Below are positions 9,161 through 18,488 of a stretch of 64,000 nt of DNA, one piece after another. The DNA comes from Candidatus Moraniibacteriota bacterium (GTDB taxonomy: Bacteria; Patescibacteriota; Minisyncoccia; Moranbacterales; UBA1568). Under the pieces are notes generated by a model. That model was not told the origin of the DNA. It made no database searches and saw only the letters and a list, made by a program, of their open reading frames with translations. Each line of letters starts with the position of its first letter. Position 1 is the stretch's first letter. The position numbers were made by a program, and so were the translations under genes. The stretch covers positions 140,949 through 204,948 of the forward strand of contig CAVURJ010000001.1 in assembly GCA_963743885.1 (NCBI GenBank). Direction: 5' to 3'.

Positions 9161-10174
9161 CTAGACCAGCTTGTCCTGGTGGTTCTCGGGGACATCGAGG
9201 CCGAGGTGCTGGTAGGCTTCCGGTGTGACGACGCGGCCGCGCGGGGTGCGGGCGAGGAAGCCGAGCTGGATGAGGTACGGCTCGTAGACGTCCTCGATCG
9301 TCTGGATCTCTTCACCGGCGACAGCGGCAATCGCCTGGATGCCAGCCGGTCCTCCGCGGAATTTCTTCATGATGCTTTCAAGGATATGCCTATCAGTCGG
9401 TTCGAGGCCGAGGCGGTCGATCTCATAGAGCGCGAGCGCTTCGCGAGCCGTCTCTTCATTGATGATGGCGATGTCCTTGATCTCCGCGTAGTCGCGGACG
9501 CGTTTGAGGATTCTATTGGCGACGCGCGGTGTCTGGCGGCTAGAATGAGCGATCGCGCTCGCTCCGGATGGGTCGATGCCGATGCCCAGGATGCGGGCGG
9601 AACGAGTGACGATCCTCTCGATTTCTTCTGGCGTGTAGAATTCGAGCCGGTGAGTGGAGCCGAAGCGGTTGCGGAGCGGGTTGGAGAGCGATCCGAGTCG
9701 GGTTGTGGCGCCGATTAGAGTGAAATGGGGCAGATCGAGCTGGATAGTGCGCGCGGCCGGGCCCTTTCCGATGATGATATCGAGCTTGTAGTCCTCCATG
9801 GCTGGGTAGAGGACCTCCTCAATCTGCTTGTTGAGGCGGTGGATCTCATCGATGAAGAGGACGTCACCGTCGTCGAGATTGGTGAGGATGGACCCGAGGT
9901 CTCCGACACGCTCGATGGCGGGGCCTGAGGTGACCTTGATGCTCACGCCCATCTCTTTAGCGATGATATTAGCGAGCGTGGTCTTACCGAGGCCAGCCGG
10001 CCCGTAGAGGAGGACATGATCAATGCTTTCCTCGCGCTTCTTGGCGGCGCGAATCACGATATCGAGGTTGCGCTTGATCTTTTCTTGGCCGACATAGTCG
10101 GTGAAGCACTGTGGCCGGAGCGTGATATCGAGCGTCTGCTCATCGAGTGGCGCTCCTTCGGCTGAATTTATCAT
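9161..10174 (-). CDS. ruvB: Holliday junction branch migration helicase RuvB
   Basis: [17 protein letters not shown] Walker A, RuvB-type AAA+ fold, 337 aa. Confidence 0.92.
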   Translation of the reverse strand: MINSAEGAPLDEQTLDITLRPQCFTDYVGQEKIKRNLDIVIRAAKKREESIDHVLLYGPAGLGKTTLANIIAKEMGVSIKVTSGPAIERVGDLGSILTNLDDGDVLFIDEIHRLNKQIEEVLYPAMEDYKLDIIIGKGPAARTIQLDLPHFTLIGATTRLGSLSNPLRNRFGSTHRLEFYTPEEIERIVTRSARILGIGIDPSGASAIAHSSRQTPRVANRILKRVRDYAEIKDIAIINEETAREALALYEIDRLGLEPTDRHILESIMKKFRGGPAGIQAIAAVAGEEIQTIEDVYEPYLIQLGFLARTPRGRVVTPEAYQHLGLDVPENHQDKLV

Positions 10175-10403
10175 ACTAGTGGCTTGAATAAGGGAAGAAA
10201 TACTATGGCAGTCATCTTATTTTACCACCTCTTGACCCCGGTTACAAATTCAGAGAAAGATGTTTGTAATCGGGTATTTGAAGGCGAAGCCGTCTATCGG
10301 CTCAGCTGGGAGAATGTCTGGATTTCGGCCTAATTTGTAACGGGGTTGACAAAAAAACAAAGCCATGCTATCATCCAAAGTCGCTTTACAAAGAATTTAT
10401 GTT

Positions 10404-10446
10404 CCCGGCCCGCCCGCAACGCTTCGCGTAGCGATGCGGGCGGGGC
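10404..10446. repeat. GC-rich palindromic element copy A (CCCGCCCG-loop-GCGGGCGGG family)
   Basis: cccgcccgcaacgcttcgcgtagcgatgcgggcggg; homologous copies at 15398, 18216, 33190, 35541, 52163. Confidence 0.7.
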
Positions 10447-10636
10447 TGTCTCACATGTAGACAATTGGGGATTACTATCTTTTGTCCTCAATCATGGGGA
10501 TGGGCGGGCCTTCGGGTTCCCTAGTCAAGATCGGGTAGGGTGGTTCCGGCTGCGCTACACCTCGACACCATTCCTTTTCTCGGGCTCCTATGTCTGGGAT
10601 TTGTCTACAGCTGAGACAGTGACATAAGCGAACAAA

Positions 10637-10672
10637 AAGAGGCCCATCCGCCAGCCGGCGGAGGGCCTCTTT
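10637..10672. terminator. Bidirectional rho-independent terminator
   Basis: agaggccc-[ccgccagccggcgg]-gggcctct hairpin flanked by A/T runs; 3' of gspE-like gene. Confidence 0.6.
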
Positions 10673-10695
10673 TGCTTTGCCTGTGGAATGATTGG

Positions 10696-13600
10696 TCAGA
10701 GATTCGCGACGCGACGGACTTCGTCGAGTGACGTTTTGCCTTCGATGACCGAGAGTATGCCGTCCTGTGCGATGGTGATCATGCCGTTCTCGATGGCCTT
10801 CTCTTCAATCTCATGAGTGAGCGCTCCGCGGGCGATGAGGTCTTTGATGGTATTGTCGATAGGGATGGTTTCCGAAAGGACGAGCTGCCCCGCATGACCG
10901 GTTCCATTGCAATTCTGGCAACCGGCACCACTCCAGATTTTTAGTGCGTCCTTTGGTAGGGTATCAACGTGTTCCGGCGAGAGCGCAGAGAGGACTTTTG
11001 AGATGATGGCGTGTTCCTCATCGGTCGGTTTTCTCGGTTGTTTGCACTTCTCGCAGAGCCTACGGACGAGGCGCTGTGCGATGAGGAGACCACCGGCATT
11101 AGCGATATCATCACCGGAGATGCCCATTTTCATGAGGCGCGATATGGCTCCGGCAGCAGAATTGGCATGGAGTGTTGAGAGTACGAGGTGGCCGGTATTG
11201 GCGGCTTGTATAGCGATGCGCGCTGTATCATCGTCGCGGATTTCGCCTACCATGAGAACATCTGGGTTCTGACGGAGCAAGGCACTGAGAGCGGTTGAGA
11301 AAGTGTATCCTTCAGCTTCGTTTATCTGGGTCTGTAGAATGCCAGGCATCTGGTATTCGATCGGATCTTCGACGGTGATGATTTTCGTCTCTGGTTTATT
11401 AAGGAGTGCAAGCGTTCCGTAGAGCGTCGTTGTCTTTCCGGATCCTGTCGGTCCGGTATTGAGAATGATGCCGTTTGGAGCATGAATTGCGGAAAGAATC
11501 CTTTTCAAGTTTTGCGATCGGAGAGCGAGGTTTTCAAGGTTGAGCGCGGCATTTGATTGGTTCAGAAGGCGTATAACTGCGGTTTCGCCAAAACCTCCGA
11601 GTATGAGAGAAAGTCGAACATTGATTATTTTGTCCGGCGCGCCATCGGGTTGTTCAATAGCAATAGAGAAACGTTTATCGGTAATTCCGGCGCGCTCGCT
11701 TGTCTTGAGGCCCACTAGGTTCTTGATGTCATTGATAAAGCTCGGATATTCGTTGAGCGGGAAGCGTGCGATCGTTTGAAGCATGCCGTCTATGCGGAGC
11801 CTAATGGAAAAATCTTTGTCGGAGGGTTCGATATGGATGTCGCCAGCATGCATATGTATTGCCGCAGCGAAAACGATCTGTAATCTCGTTTTGGATTCTG
11901 AGTGCAAAACGTATTCCTCGAATACCTGGAAAGAAGAGAGGTGTCGCGCTGTTTCGGTGACGATATCGGATGGAATGAACGATGAGCGCGAAAGGTCGCT
12001 CGACATCAAATCGAGGTAGATATTTTTCAGCATATCAGATTGGTCGGTGACGCGGGAAATCTCCTCAAGTGTTGTGATTCCATCGAGCATCTTTAAGATG
12101 CCATCCTGAGTCATGGTGACCATGCCGTTTTCGAGAGCTGCACGAAAGAGCTCCTGTTCAGTTCCGAGATTTTCGATAATCTTGATGATATCCGGCGTCA
12201 TGGCGAAGACCTCAAAAATTCCGATGCGGCCTTTGTATCCCGTAAAATGACAATTTGGGCATCCAGATGCTTTCCAGAGAACCCGCACCTCTTTCGGAAG
12301 CACGATTTTTGCTTTGGGGGATATGATAGTGATGAGGCGGATGATGGAGTCGATAGTTCCTTTCGCTGGTTCGTATGATTGTTTGCATTGGTCGCAGAGT
12401 TTGCGGACGAGCCGTTGCGCGATAAGGACGTTGACTGAGGCAGCAAGGACCGAGGGCTTCACTCCGAGTTCGATAAATCTTGGGATGGCGCCAGGGGCAC
12501 TGTTGGCGTGGAGCGTCGACATGACGAGGTGGCCGGTGAGTGCGGCGTTGACAGCAATATCAGCCGTTTCGTCGTCTCGAATCTCGCCGATAAGAATGAT
12601 GTCCGGGTCTTGACGGACGATAGCTCGGAGCGCCGAAGCGAAAGTATAGGATTTGTCTTTTGAGACTTCAGTCTGTACGATGCCAGGAAGCGAATATTCG
12701 ATCGGATCTTCGACGGTGATGATCTTAGCCCCTGGCTGGTTGATGATATTGAGGAGAGTGTAGAGCGTCGTTGTCTTTCCGGATCCTGTCGGCCCGGTAT
12801 TGAGCACCATGCCGTTCGGCTTTTCAATCTGGCGGAGCACTTCCTCGCGGGCGAGCCCTCGCAGCCCGAGCGAGTCGATATCGACGATGACATCTTCGCC
12901 TGATAGAAGGCGCATATTTATGCTTTCCCCGTATTTTCCAGGGATGATGTTGACGCGGACATCGATGCGTTTTTGGTCGAGCGTGATGAAAAAGTGACCG
13001 TCTTGGGCTTTATCGCGGATATTGAGCCGCATTTTTCCGATCATTTTGATGCGGGAGATGAGTTGCCGGTAGACCGCCTGAGAAAGCGACCCGATATTTT
13101 GGAGTACGCCATCGACGCGATAACGGAGGCGTACAGTATCTTCTTCTGGCTCGAGGTGGATATCGCTTGCGTCGAGCTTTCTGGCGCCAGCAAGAACGAC
13201 CTCGATGGAATGCGAAGTGGTTGATGGCCGATTTTCTTTCAGGCTGATGAGTTCACCGAAATCCTTTTCGAATTGCTCAAGGTCATTGCCTTTGAGCGAG
13301 ACGCGGACGAGGTCAAGGCTATCGCTGACCGATTGTTTTGTATAAGCTTCCCAGGCGCTTTCAATGGATGGTTTTGAGACGACGTAGAGCTCTCGGCCGA
13401 ATCCTTTTTTCTCTACGAACGTATCGATATAGGAAAGCGCTTCTTGGTTTGCTGGGTCGGTAATCGCAAAGAGTGCCTGTAAGCCTTTCTTTTGGAAAAG
13501 GATAAAGCCGAGGCGTCGAGCGTCCGCCTCCGGGATAAGCAGGGCCTCTTCCGGTTCGACAGGAAAAAGACTGAGGTCTATATATGGGAGGCCGCATGAG

Positions 13601-13719
13601 GCGGCGAAACGAGCGGTAGTTTCCTCAATGGAGACCTCCTTCATCTTCTGTAGGAGCTCCTCTGTCTTCCCTGTTTTTTCATCAGGAAGCTGGCTGCTCT
13701 GATGGGTGACTTTCACCAT
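10696..13719 (-). CDS. Tandem-duplicated GspE/PilB-family secretion ATPase (two complete ATPase cores in one 1007-aa polypeptide)
   Basis: Two Walker A boxes (LNTGPTGSGKTTTLYTL and ILNTGPTGSGKTTTLYGTL), two tetracysteine motifs (CDQCKQ...GCPNCHFTG; CEKCKQ...GCQNCNGTG), N-terminal GSPII_E_N-like domain. Confidence 0.8.
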   Translation of the reverse strand: MVKVTHQSSQLPDEKTGKTEELLQKMKEVSIEETTARFAASCGLPYIDLSLFPVEPEEALLIPEADARRLGFILFQKKGLQALFAITDPANQEALSYIDTFVEKKGFGRELYVVSKPSIESAWEAYTKQSVSDSLDLVRVSLKGNDLEQFEKDFGELISLKENRPSTTSHSIEVVLAGARKLDASDIHLEPEEDTVRLRYRVDGVLQNIGSLSQAVYRQLISRIKMIGKMRLNIRDKAQDGHFFITLDQKRIDVRVNIIPGKYGESINMRLLSGEDVIVDIDSLGLRGLAREEVLRQIEKPNGMVLNTGPTGSGKTTTLYTLLNIINQPGAKIITVEDPIEYSLPGIVQTEVSKDKSYTFASALRAIVRQDPDIILIGEIRDDETADIAVNAALTGHLVMSTLHANSAPGAIPRFIELGVKPSVLAASVNVLIAQRLVRKLCDQCKQSYEPAKGTIDSIIRLITIISPKAKIVLPKEVRVLWKASGCPNCHFTGYKGRIGIFEVFAMTPDIIKIIENLGTEQELFRAALENGMVTMTQDGILKMLDGITTLEEISRVTDQSDMLKNIYLDLMSSDLSRSSFIPSDIVTETARHLSSFQVFEEYVLHSESKTRLQIVFAAAIHMHAGDIHIEPSDKDFSIRLRIDGMLQTIARFPLNEYPSFINDIKNLVGLKTSERAGITDKRFSIAIEQPDGAPDKIINVRLSLILGGFGETAVIRLLNQSNAALNLENLALRSQNLKRILSAIHAPNGIILNTGPTGSGKTTTLYGTLALLNKPETKIITVEDPIEYQMPGILQTQINEAEGYTFSTALSALLRQNPDVLMVGEIRDDDTARIAIQAANTGHLVLSTLHANSAAGAISRLMKMGISGDDIANAGGLLIAQRLVRRLCEKCKQPRKPTDEEHAIISKVLSALSPEHVDTLPKDALKIWSGAGCQNCNGTGHAGQLVLSETIPIDNTIKDLIARGALTHEIEEKAIENGMITIAQDGILSVIEGKTSLDEVRRVANL

Positions 13720-13785
13720 AGGTATTTGTGTTTCTTTCTTTTCTACACCTGGTATTGTACCTCAAATGCGCGCTCTTGGGAAAAC

Positions 13786-13815
13786 AGAAATCCCGCACCA
13801 TGTGGAGGTGCGGGA
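13786..13815 (-). terminator. Rho-independent terminator
   Basis: cccgcacc-atgtggag-gtgcggg hairpin with T-run on minus strand; 3' of DHH gene. Confidence 0.55.
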
Positions 13816-13847
13816 CGATAGCATCTGCTTGAGGATACGCTTCGCGA

Positions 13848-14984
13848 TCAGGCTTTCGGCTGGAGGGCGGCGATGACGATCTGCTCGGCCTCGTCGAGAC
13901 TCTGTGCGGTCTTGGTGAATCGGAAGATATCGCCTTGGATTTCGCCGTCGCCAATCTCGAGCGCAGCCTGGGAGAGGCCTTCTGGCGAAGCACTTTTGAT
14001 GATGCCAGTGATCGACCCAGGCGTTTCCGGAAAGAGAATCATGTAGTGGCTCGCGATGGAATAGTTACCGCGGATCTTTTCGAGGATGACGGGGAGGTCT
14101 TCGACACGGGCGCGTGACTGGACCAGGTCTTCGATGGATACGAGGGCCCAGATAAGCCTCAGTTGCTCATTCCAGCGGACGCCGGCCATGACGCGGCCCC
14201 AGAGCTTCAGGAGGTTGAGCGGCTGGGTCTTGTAGAGCGACCGGATAATCTTCTGCTGGTCGATACCGTGGTCCATGAGGCGTGAGGCGGTCTGGAGCGC
14301 CTTCGGTGTCGTGTTTTTCTTCTGGAAGCTTTCGGTCGCGGAGATGATGCCTGAGAGCAGGCTTTCGCCGACCTTTGTGTCGATGCGGTCCGGGAATGAT
14401 TGTTCGAGGATCTCCGCGAGGATCTCCGCGCTCGACGATGCGGTGATATCGACGAGGTTGATCTGGCCGAAGAGCTCGTTCTCTGGGTGGTTGTCGATGG
14501 TGATGACTGGCATCTCGTAGAAGATGTCCGGGTTGTTTTCGTAGACTCTGCCGAGGTGCTCCTTGTCCGGGCTGCCGATGACGATGGCGAGGTCAAATTT
14601 GAACTGCGCCGGGATAAACGAAAAGTCGCGCGGGTCGATGGAGCCGTGTTCGGGTGTGAGGTAGATGCGGAGCTCATCTCCGACCGTTTCTGACCGTACG
14701 TTGCTGATCTTGTTGTGCTCGGTATTGAAGGAGAGGACGAAGTCGCGAGCGCCGGTGATATCCGGAAGCAGCCGAGATGGCTCGCCGATGAAGGCGAGGA
14801 GCTCCTTGTCTTTCACGATGTTGTCGCCGGCAATATGAGGCTCCTGGCCGAGGCTTTCGAGCGCAAATGCAAGCGCAAATGCAGTAGCGACAGCATCGCG
14901 GCTCGGGTAGGCTGGTAGCAAAATGAGCGGCGTGCGGGATTTTTTGAGGAGTTCCTGGAATTGCTGGGCAGGAGAGAGGGACAT
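13848..14984 (-). CDS. DHH/DHHA1 family protein (NrnA-like; catalytic motifs appear partly substituted)
   Basis: 378 aa; GSPDKEHLG and ITIDNH (DNH instead of DHH) motifs. Confidence 0.5.
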   Translation of the reverse strand: MSLSPAQQFQELLKKSRTPLILLPAYPSRDAVATAFALAFALESLGQEPHIAGDNIVKDKELLAFIGEPSRLLPDITGARDFVLSFNTEHNKISNVRSETVGDELRIYLTPEHGSIDPRDFSFIPAQFKFDLAIVIGSPDKEHLGRVYENNPDIFYEMPVITIDNHPENELFGQINLVDITASSSAEILAEILEQSFPDRIDTKVGESLLSGIISATESFQKKNTTPKALQTASRLMDHGIDQQKIIRSLYKTQPLNLLKLWGRVMAGVRWNEQLRLIWALVSIEDLVQSRARVEDLPVILEKIRGNYSIASHYMILFPETPGSITGIIKSASPEGLSQAALEIGDGEIQGDIFRFTKTAQSLDEAEQIVIAALQPKA

Positions 14985-14995
14985 ACAGGGAAAAT

Positions 14996-15023
14996 ATCTA
15001 ATACCTAATATCTAATACCTAAT
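14996..15023. repeat. Tandem 14-bp direct repeat (atctaatacctaat x2) in promoter region of DHH gene
   Basis: Perfect tandem duplication directly upstream (minus strand) of start at 14984. Confidence 0.7.
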
Positions 15024-15184
15024 TTTTCGAGTCGCAAACGTGCTCAAAAAAGATGGATAGTCAAAGGTATCAGAGACTGGCAGCAGTGTCAAATATTCGG
15101 CTTTTCCTCGCCAAAAAACGGGTTTTACGCTAGGATGAATATGTTTTTCCTGTCATTCTGAGCGAAGCGAAGAATCTCGCATAT

Positions 15185-15664
15185 ATGATGCAAAATATCT
15201 TTACCACGCATTCGGCAGAGGAAACCAGGGGGCTGGCGAAGGAGCTGGCGCGGGAAATAGCGCCAGGGACGCTCCTGTGTCTCCGTGGTGATCTTGGTGC
15301 GGGCAAGACGACTTTTACACAAGGATTGCTTGAAGGCCTGGGTGCGGCGCGGCCATATGTCAGCCCAACTTTCGTCATCATGAAGCAATACGAGCTACCT
15401 GCCCGAAACACTTCGTATAGCGATGTGGGCGGGCCTGTGCCGACCGCGACTGGTATTGAGTGTATCTATCACGCCGATGCCTATCGCGTTGAAGCGAAGG
15501 ACTTCGAGGGGCTCGGATTTGCCGAGTGGTGCGCCGATCAGAGAGGCATCGTTATCCTTGAGTGGCCGGAGCGCATCGAGGCTATCCTGCCAGAAAAAAG
15601 GGTCGAGATCTCGCTCCAATCGCTTTCGGAAAATGAACGGGAAATCACGATAGAAAAAAAGTAG
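15185..15664 (+). CDS. tsaE: tRNA threonylcarbamoyladenosine biosynthesis protein TsaE, carrying an in-frame ~16-aa insertion from a GC-rich palindromic element
   Basis: LRGDLGAGKTTFTQGL P-loop, SPTFVIMKQY...YHADAYRVE; extra segment ARNTSYSDVGGPVPTATG encoded by element copy B. Confidence 0.8.
   Translation: MMQNIFTTHSAEETRGLAKELAREIAPGTLLCLRGDLGAGKTTFTQGLLEGLGAARPYVSPTFVIMKQYELPARNTSYSDVGGPVPTATGIECIYHADAYRVEAKDFEGLGFAEWCADQRGIVILEWPERIEAILPEKRVEISLQSLSENEREITIEKK
15398..15436. repeat. GC-rich palindromic element copy B, in-frame within tsaE
   Basis: cctgcccgaaacacttcgtatagcgatgtgggcgggcc, ~80% identical to copy A. Confidence 0.65.
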
Positions 15665-15690
15665 GCCGCCGAAAGGCGGTTTTTGCTTTT
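15663..15690 (+). terminator. Rho-independent terminator after tsaE
   Basis: ggccgccgaaaggcggttttt. Confidence 0.7.
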
Positions 15691-15717
15691 CTCTTGCTGC
15701 GGAAGTATACTGAAAAC

Positions 15718-18423
15718 ATGGAAAAGAAGCCGAAAATCCTGGTTTTATTGGATGGAAACGCGCTCATACATCGCGCGTATCATGCGTTGCCGCCGCTCAC
15801 GGATAAGGCGGGGCATCCGGTCAATGCGGTGTATGGGTTCGCCATGACGCTCCTCGCGGTGCTTGAGAAGTTCCATCCGGAATATATTGCGGCGTCTTTT
15901 GATCTTTCTGGCCCGACTTTCCGCGATGAGCTATACAAGGATTACAAAGCTACCCGGACGAAGGCGCCGGACGATCTATATGAGCAGATCCCGCGTGTGA
16001 AGGATGTGGTGCGCGCATTCAATATCCCAATCTATGAGAAGGAAGGGTACGAGGCGGATGATTGCGTGGGGACGATCGCACGGCAGGCAGAAAAAGAAGG
16101 TGTGCAGACGATTATCGTGACGGGGGACAATGATGCGCTTCAGTTGGTGACGCCGCTCGTCAACGTGTTTTCGATTCGCAAGGGCATCAAGGACCTCGTG
16201 CTCTATGATGAGGCGGCTGTGAGGGCGAAGTACGGCTTCAATCCGATGCAGCTCGTCGAATATAAGGGGTTGTGTGGGGATGCGTCGGACAATATCCCGG
16301 GCGTGAAGGGTATCGGCGCCAAGACAGCGACCGATCTCATCGCGGCGCACGGTACGCTCGAAGGCATCTATACGTCGCTTGAGACGCTCAAGCCAGCTGT
16401 GAAGGCCAAGCTTGAGGCGGACAAGGAGAATGCTTTCCTCTCGCGCACGCTTGGTACGATCGATACGTCGGCTCCGGTGACACTCGCGCTCACGGATGCA
16501 GTGACGCATGAGTATGACCGGGCGGCGGTCGTGGCGCTCTTTACTGAGCTTGGATTCTTCAGTTTGGTCAAAAGATTGCCGGGTGGCGAAGCCAAGAATC
16601 AAGAATCAAGAATCAAGAATCAAGAGGGGAAGAAGCCGAAAAAGACGAAAACGTTCAAGAATGCGGAAGAGCTTGAGGAGTGGCTTGAGGCGAACAAGGG
16701 GAAGGGTGTTGCGGTCTGGATCGAGAAGGGCGAGGCATCGCTCTTTGGCGGAGCTGGTATCGCAGAGGTGAGGCTTTCGATAGTGGAGGATGCGGAGGTG
16801 GTGGTTGTATGGAACAGCGAGACGAAGCCGGCTCTTAAGGGATTCTTCGAGGATGCGAAGCGCCCGAAGATTCTCTATGATTCGAAAGAAGCGATGCATC
16901 TTCTCGTGAATGAGTATATGGCGCTGGCTGGTGTGGCACGCGATGTGAAGCTCATCGCGTATCTCCTCGATGCCGGTGGTAATGTTGGTTTCGATGAACT
17001 ACTGCTCAAGGAGTTCGGTCTAGAGCATGCCGAAGCGAAGGCCGCTGCGCTCTACGCGCTCAATGCGCGGCTCGGCGAGCGGATCAAGGCAATTTCGGCG
17101 GAGCAGCCGGCGGGCCAGCCCGCAGGAGCTACGCCCACAGCGTTGCTGGCGGGAAAGTCGCTCCTTGATGTTTATGCGGATATCGAACTACCGCTCATCC
17201 CAGTGCTCTTCGAAGTAGAGGAGAATGGCATCTTTCTCAATACGGAAAAATTTAAGGTGCTGTCGGAGCAGCTCGCGGAGGAGCTCAAGACGCTCGAGCA
17301 GGATATCTATGCGTTCGCCGGTCGTGAGTTCAATATCAATTCTCCCAAGCAGCTCTCGGAGATTCTCTTTGAGGATCTTAAGATTCCGACGACGAATATC
17401 AAGAAGACGAAGACGGGTATCTCGACGGCTTCAGCTGAGCTTGCGAAGCTTGCTGAGTATCCGATCGTCGCGAAGATCGAGAGCTATCGCGAACTCTTCA
17501 AGCTGAAGACGACCTATCTTGATGCATTGCCGGCGCTCGTGGGAGCGGACGGGCGGTTGCACACGACCTTCCATCAGACGGTTGCGGCGACGGGGCGGCT
17601 CTCGTCATCTGATCCAAACTTGCAGAATATCCCCGCGAGGAACGCATGGAGCGAGCGTATCCGAGGAGCGTTCGAGGCGAAGCCTGGGTATCTCTTCGTC
17701 GGTGCGGACTATTCGCAGATCGAGCTTCGCGTCATGGCGCATCTTTCGGGAGATGAGTCGCTTGCCGAATCCTTCCGCAATGGTGAAGATGTCCATACGC
17801 GCACGGCTTCTGTGGTCTTCAAGGTGAAGCCGGAGGAGGTGACGGCCGATATGCGCCGGCAGGCCAAGGTCTTTAACTTCGGCATCATGTACGGTATGGG
17901 TAGCTTCGGCCTCGCACAGGCGGCTGGCATCAATCAGAAGACGGCAGCACAGTTTATCAAAGCATATTTCGAGAAATTCTCCGGCGTGACGCGATTTATT
18001 GAGGAGATGAAGGAAGGCGCGCGGAAGCATCACTTCGTTGAGACCGAGCTCGGACGTCGGCGCTATGTGCCGGAGATCGAGAGTGGCAATGTGCAGATAG
18101 CGCGTGCGGCCGAGCGCATGGCGATCAACATGCCGATTCAGGGATTGGCGGCTGATATCATGAAGCTCGCGATGCTCCGCGCGCAGAGAGTTGTCGATAG
18201 GTTTAATGATGCGAACCCGCCCCCGCCCGCATCCCGCTTGAAACGGGAAACGTGGCGGGCAAGGATGGTGCTCCAGGTGCATGATGAGCTCATCTTCGAA
18301 GTGAAGGCGGAGCTTGCGGAAACGTTCGCGAAGGAAGTGAAGGAAGCGATGGATGGAGCCTACCCGCTCCGCGTGCCGCTCATCGCTGCCGTCGAGATCG
18401 GGAAGAATTGGGGAGAGATCTAG
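15718..18423 (+). CDS. polA: DNA polymerase I
   Basis: N-terminus ILVLLDGNALIHRAYHA (5'-3' exo), Pol A motifs (RRQAKVFNFGIMYG, VHDELIFE); carries two in-frame repeat insertions (16594-16624 and 18216-18260). Confidence 0.9.
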   Translation: MEKKPKILVLLDGNALIHRAYHALPPLTDKAGHPVNAVYGFAMTLLAVLEKFHPEYIAASFDLSGPTFRDELYKDYKATRTKAPDDLYEQIPRVKDVVRAFNIPIYEKEGYEADDCVGTIARQAEKEGVQTIIVTGDNDALQLVTPLVNVFSIRKGIKDLVLYDEAAVRAKYGFNPMQLVEYKGLCGDASDNIPGVKGIGAKTATDLIAAHGTLEGIYTSLETLKPAVKAKLEADKENAFLSRTLGTIDTSAPVTLALTDAVTHEYDRAAVVALFTELGFFSLVKRLPGGEAKNQESRIKNQEGKKPKKTKTFKNAEELEEWLEANKGKGVAVWIEKGEASLFGGAGIAEVRLSIVEDAEVVVVWNSETKPALKGFFEDAKRPKILYDSKEAMHLLVNEYMALAGVARDVKLIAYLLDAGGNVGFDELLLKEFGLEHAEAKAAALYALNARLGERIKAISAEQPAGQPAGATPTALLAGKSLLDVYADIELPLIPVLFEVEENGIFLNTEKFKVLSEQLAEELKTLEQDIYAFAGREFNINSPKQLSEILFEDLKIPTTNIKKTKTGISTASAELAKLAEYPIVAKIESYRELFKLKTTYLDALPALVGADGRLHTTFHQTVAATGRLSSSDPNLQNIPARNAWSERIRGAFEAKPGYLFVGADYSQIELRVMAHLSGDESLAESFRNGEDVHTRTASVVFKVKPEEVTADMRRQAKVFNFGIMYGMGSFGLAQAAGINQKTAAQFIKAYFEKFSGVTRFIEEMKEGARKHHFVETELGRRRYVPEIESGNVQIARAAERMAINMPIQGLAADIMKLAMLRAQRVVDRFNDANPPPPASRLKRETWRARMVLQVHDELIFEVKAELAETFAKEVKEAMDGAYPLRVPLIAAVEIGKNWGEI
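16594..16624. repeat. (AAGAATC)4 heptanucleotide microsatellite in polA linker, encodes KNQESRIKNQE
   Basis: aagaatc x4 + aag; identical arrays at 26519 and 34554. Confidence 0.9.
18216..18260. repeat. GC-rich palindromic element copy within polA (in-frame)
   Basis: cccgcccccgcccgcatcccgcttgaaacgggaaacgtggcgggc; encodes ~NPPPPASRLKRETWRA inserted just before the VHDEL motif. Confidence 0.55.
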
Positions 18424-18488
18424 AGCGGCTTTTAGTTTGCAGCTTCGTTAGCTTTTAGGGGGGGGAATAATTCTTAGCGGATGATGGT

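Noticed and set aside
9101-9718. 205-aa plus-strand ORF
   Set aside because: Antisense shadow of ruvB. Low-complexity Asp/Ala-rich translation.
10346-10627. 93-aa ORF in ruvB-gspE intergenic region
   Set aside because: No SD/coding bias. Spans the palindromic repeat copy. The region is better explained as a structured non-coding transcript.
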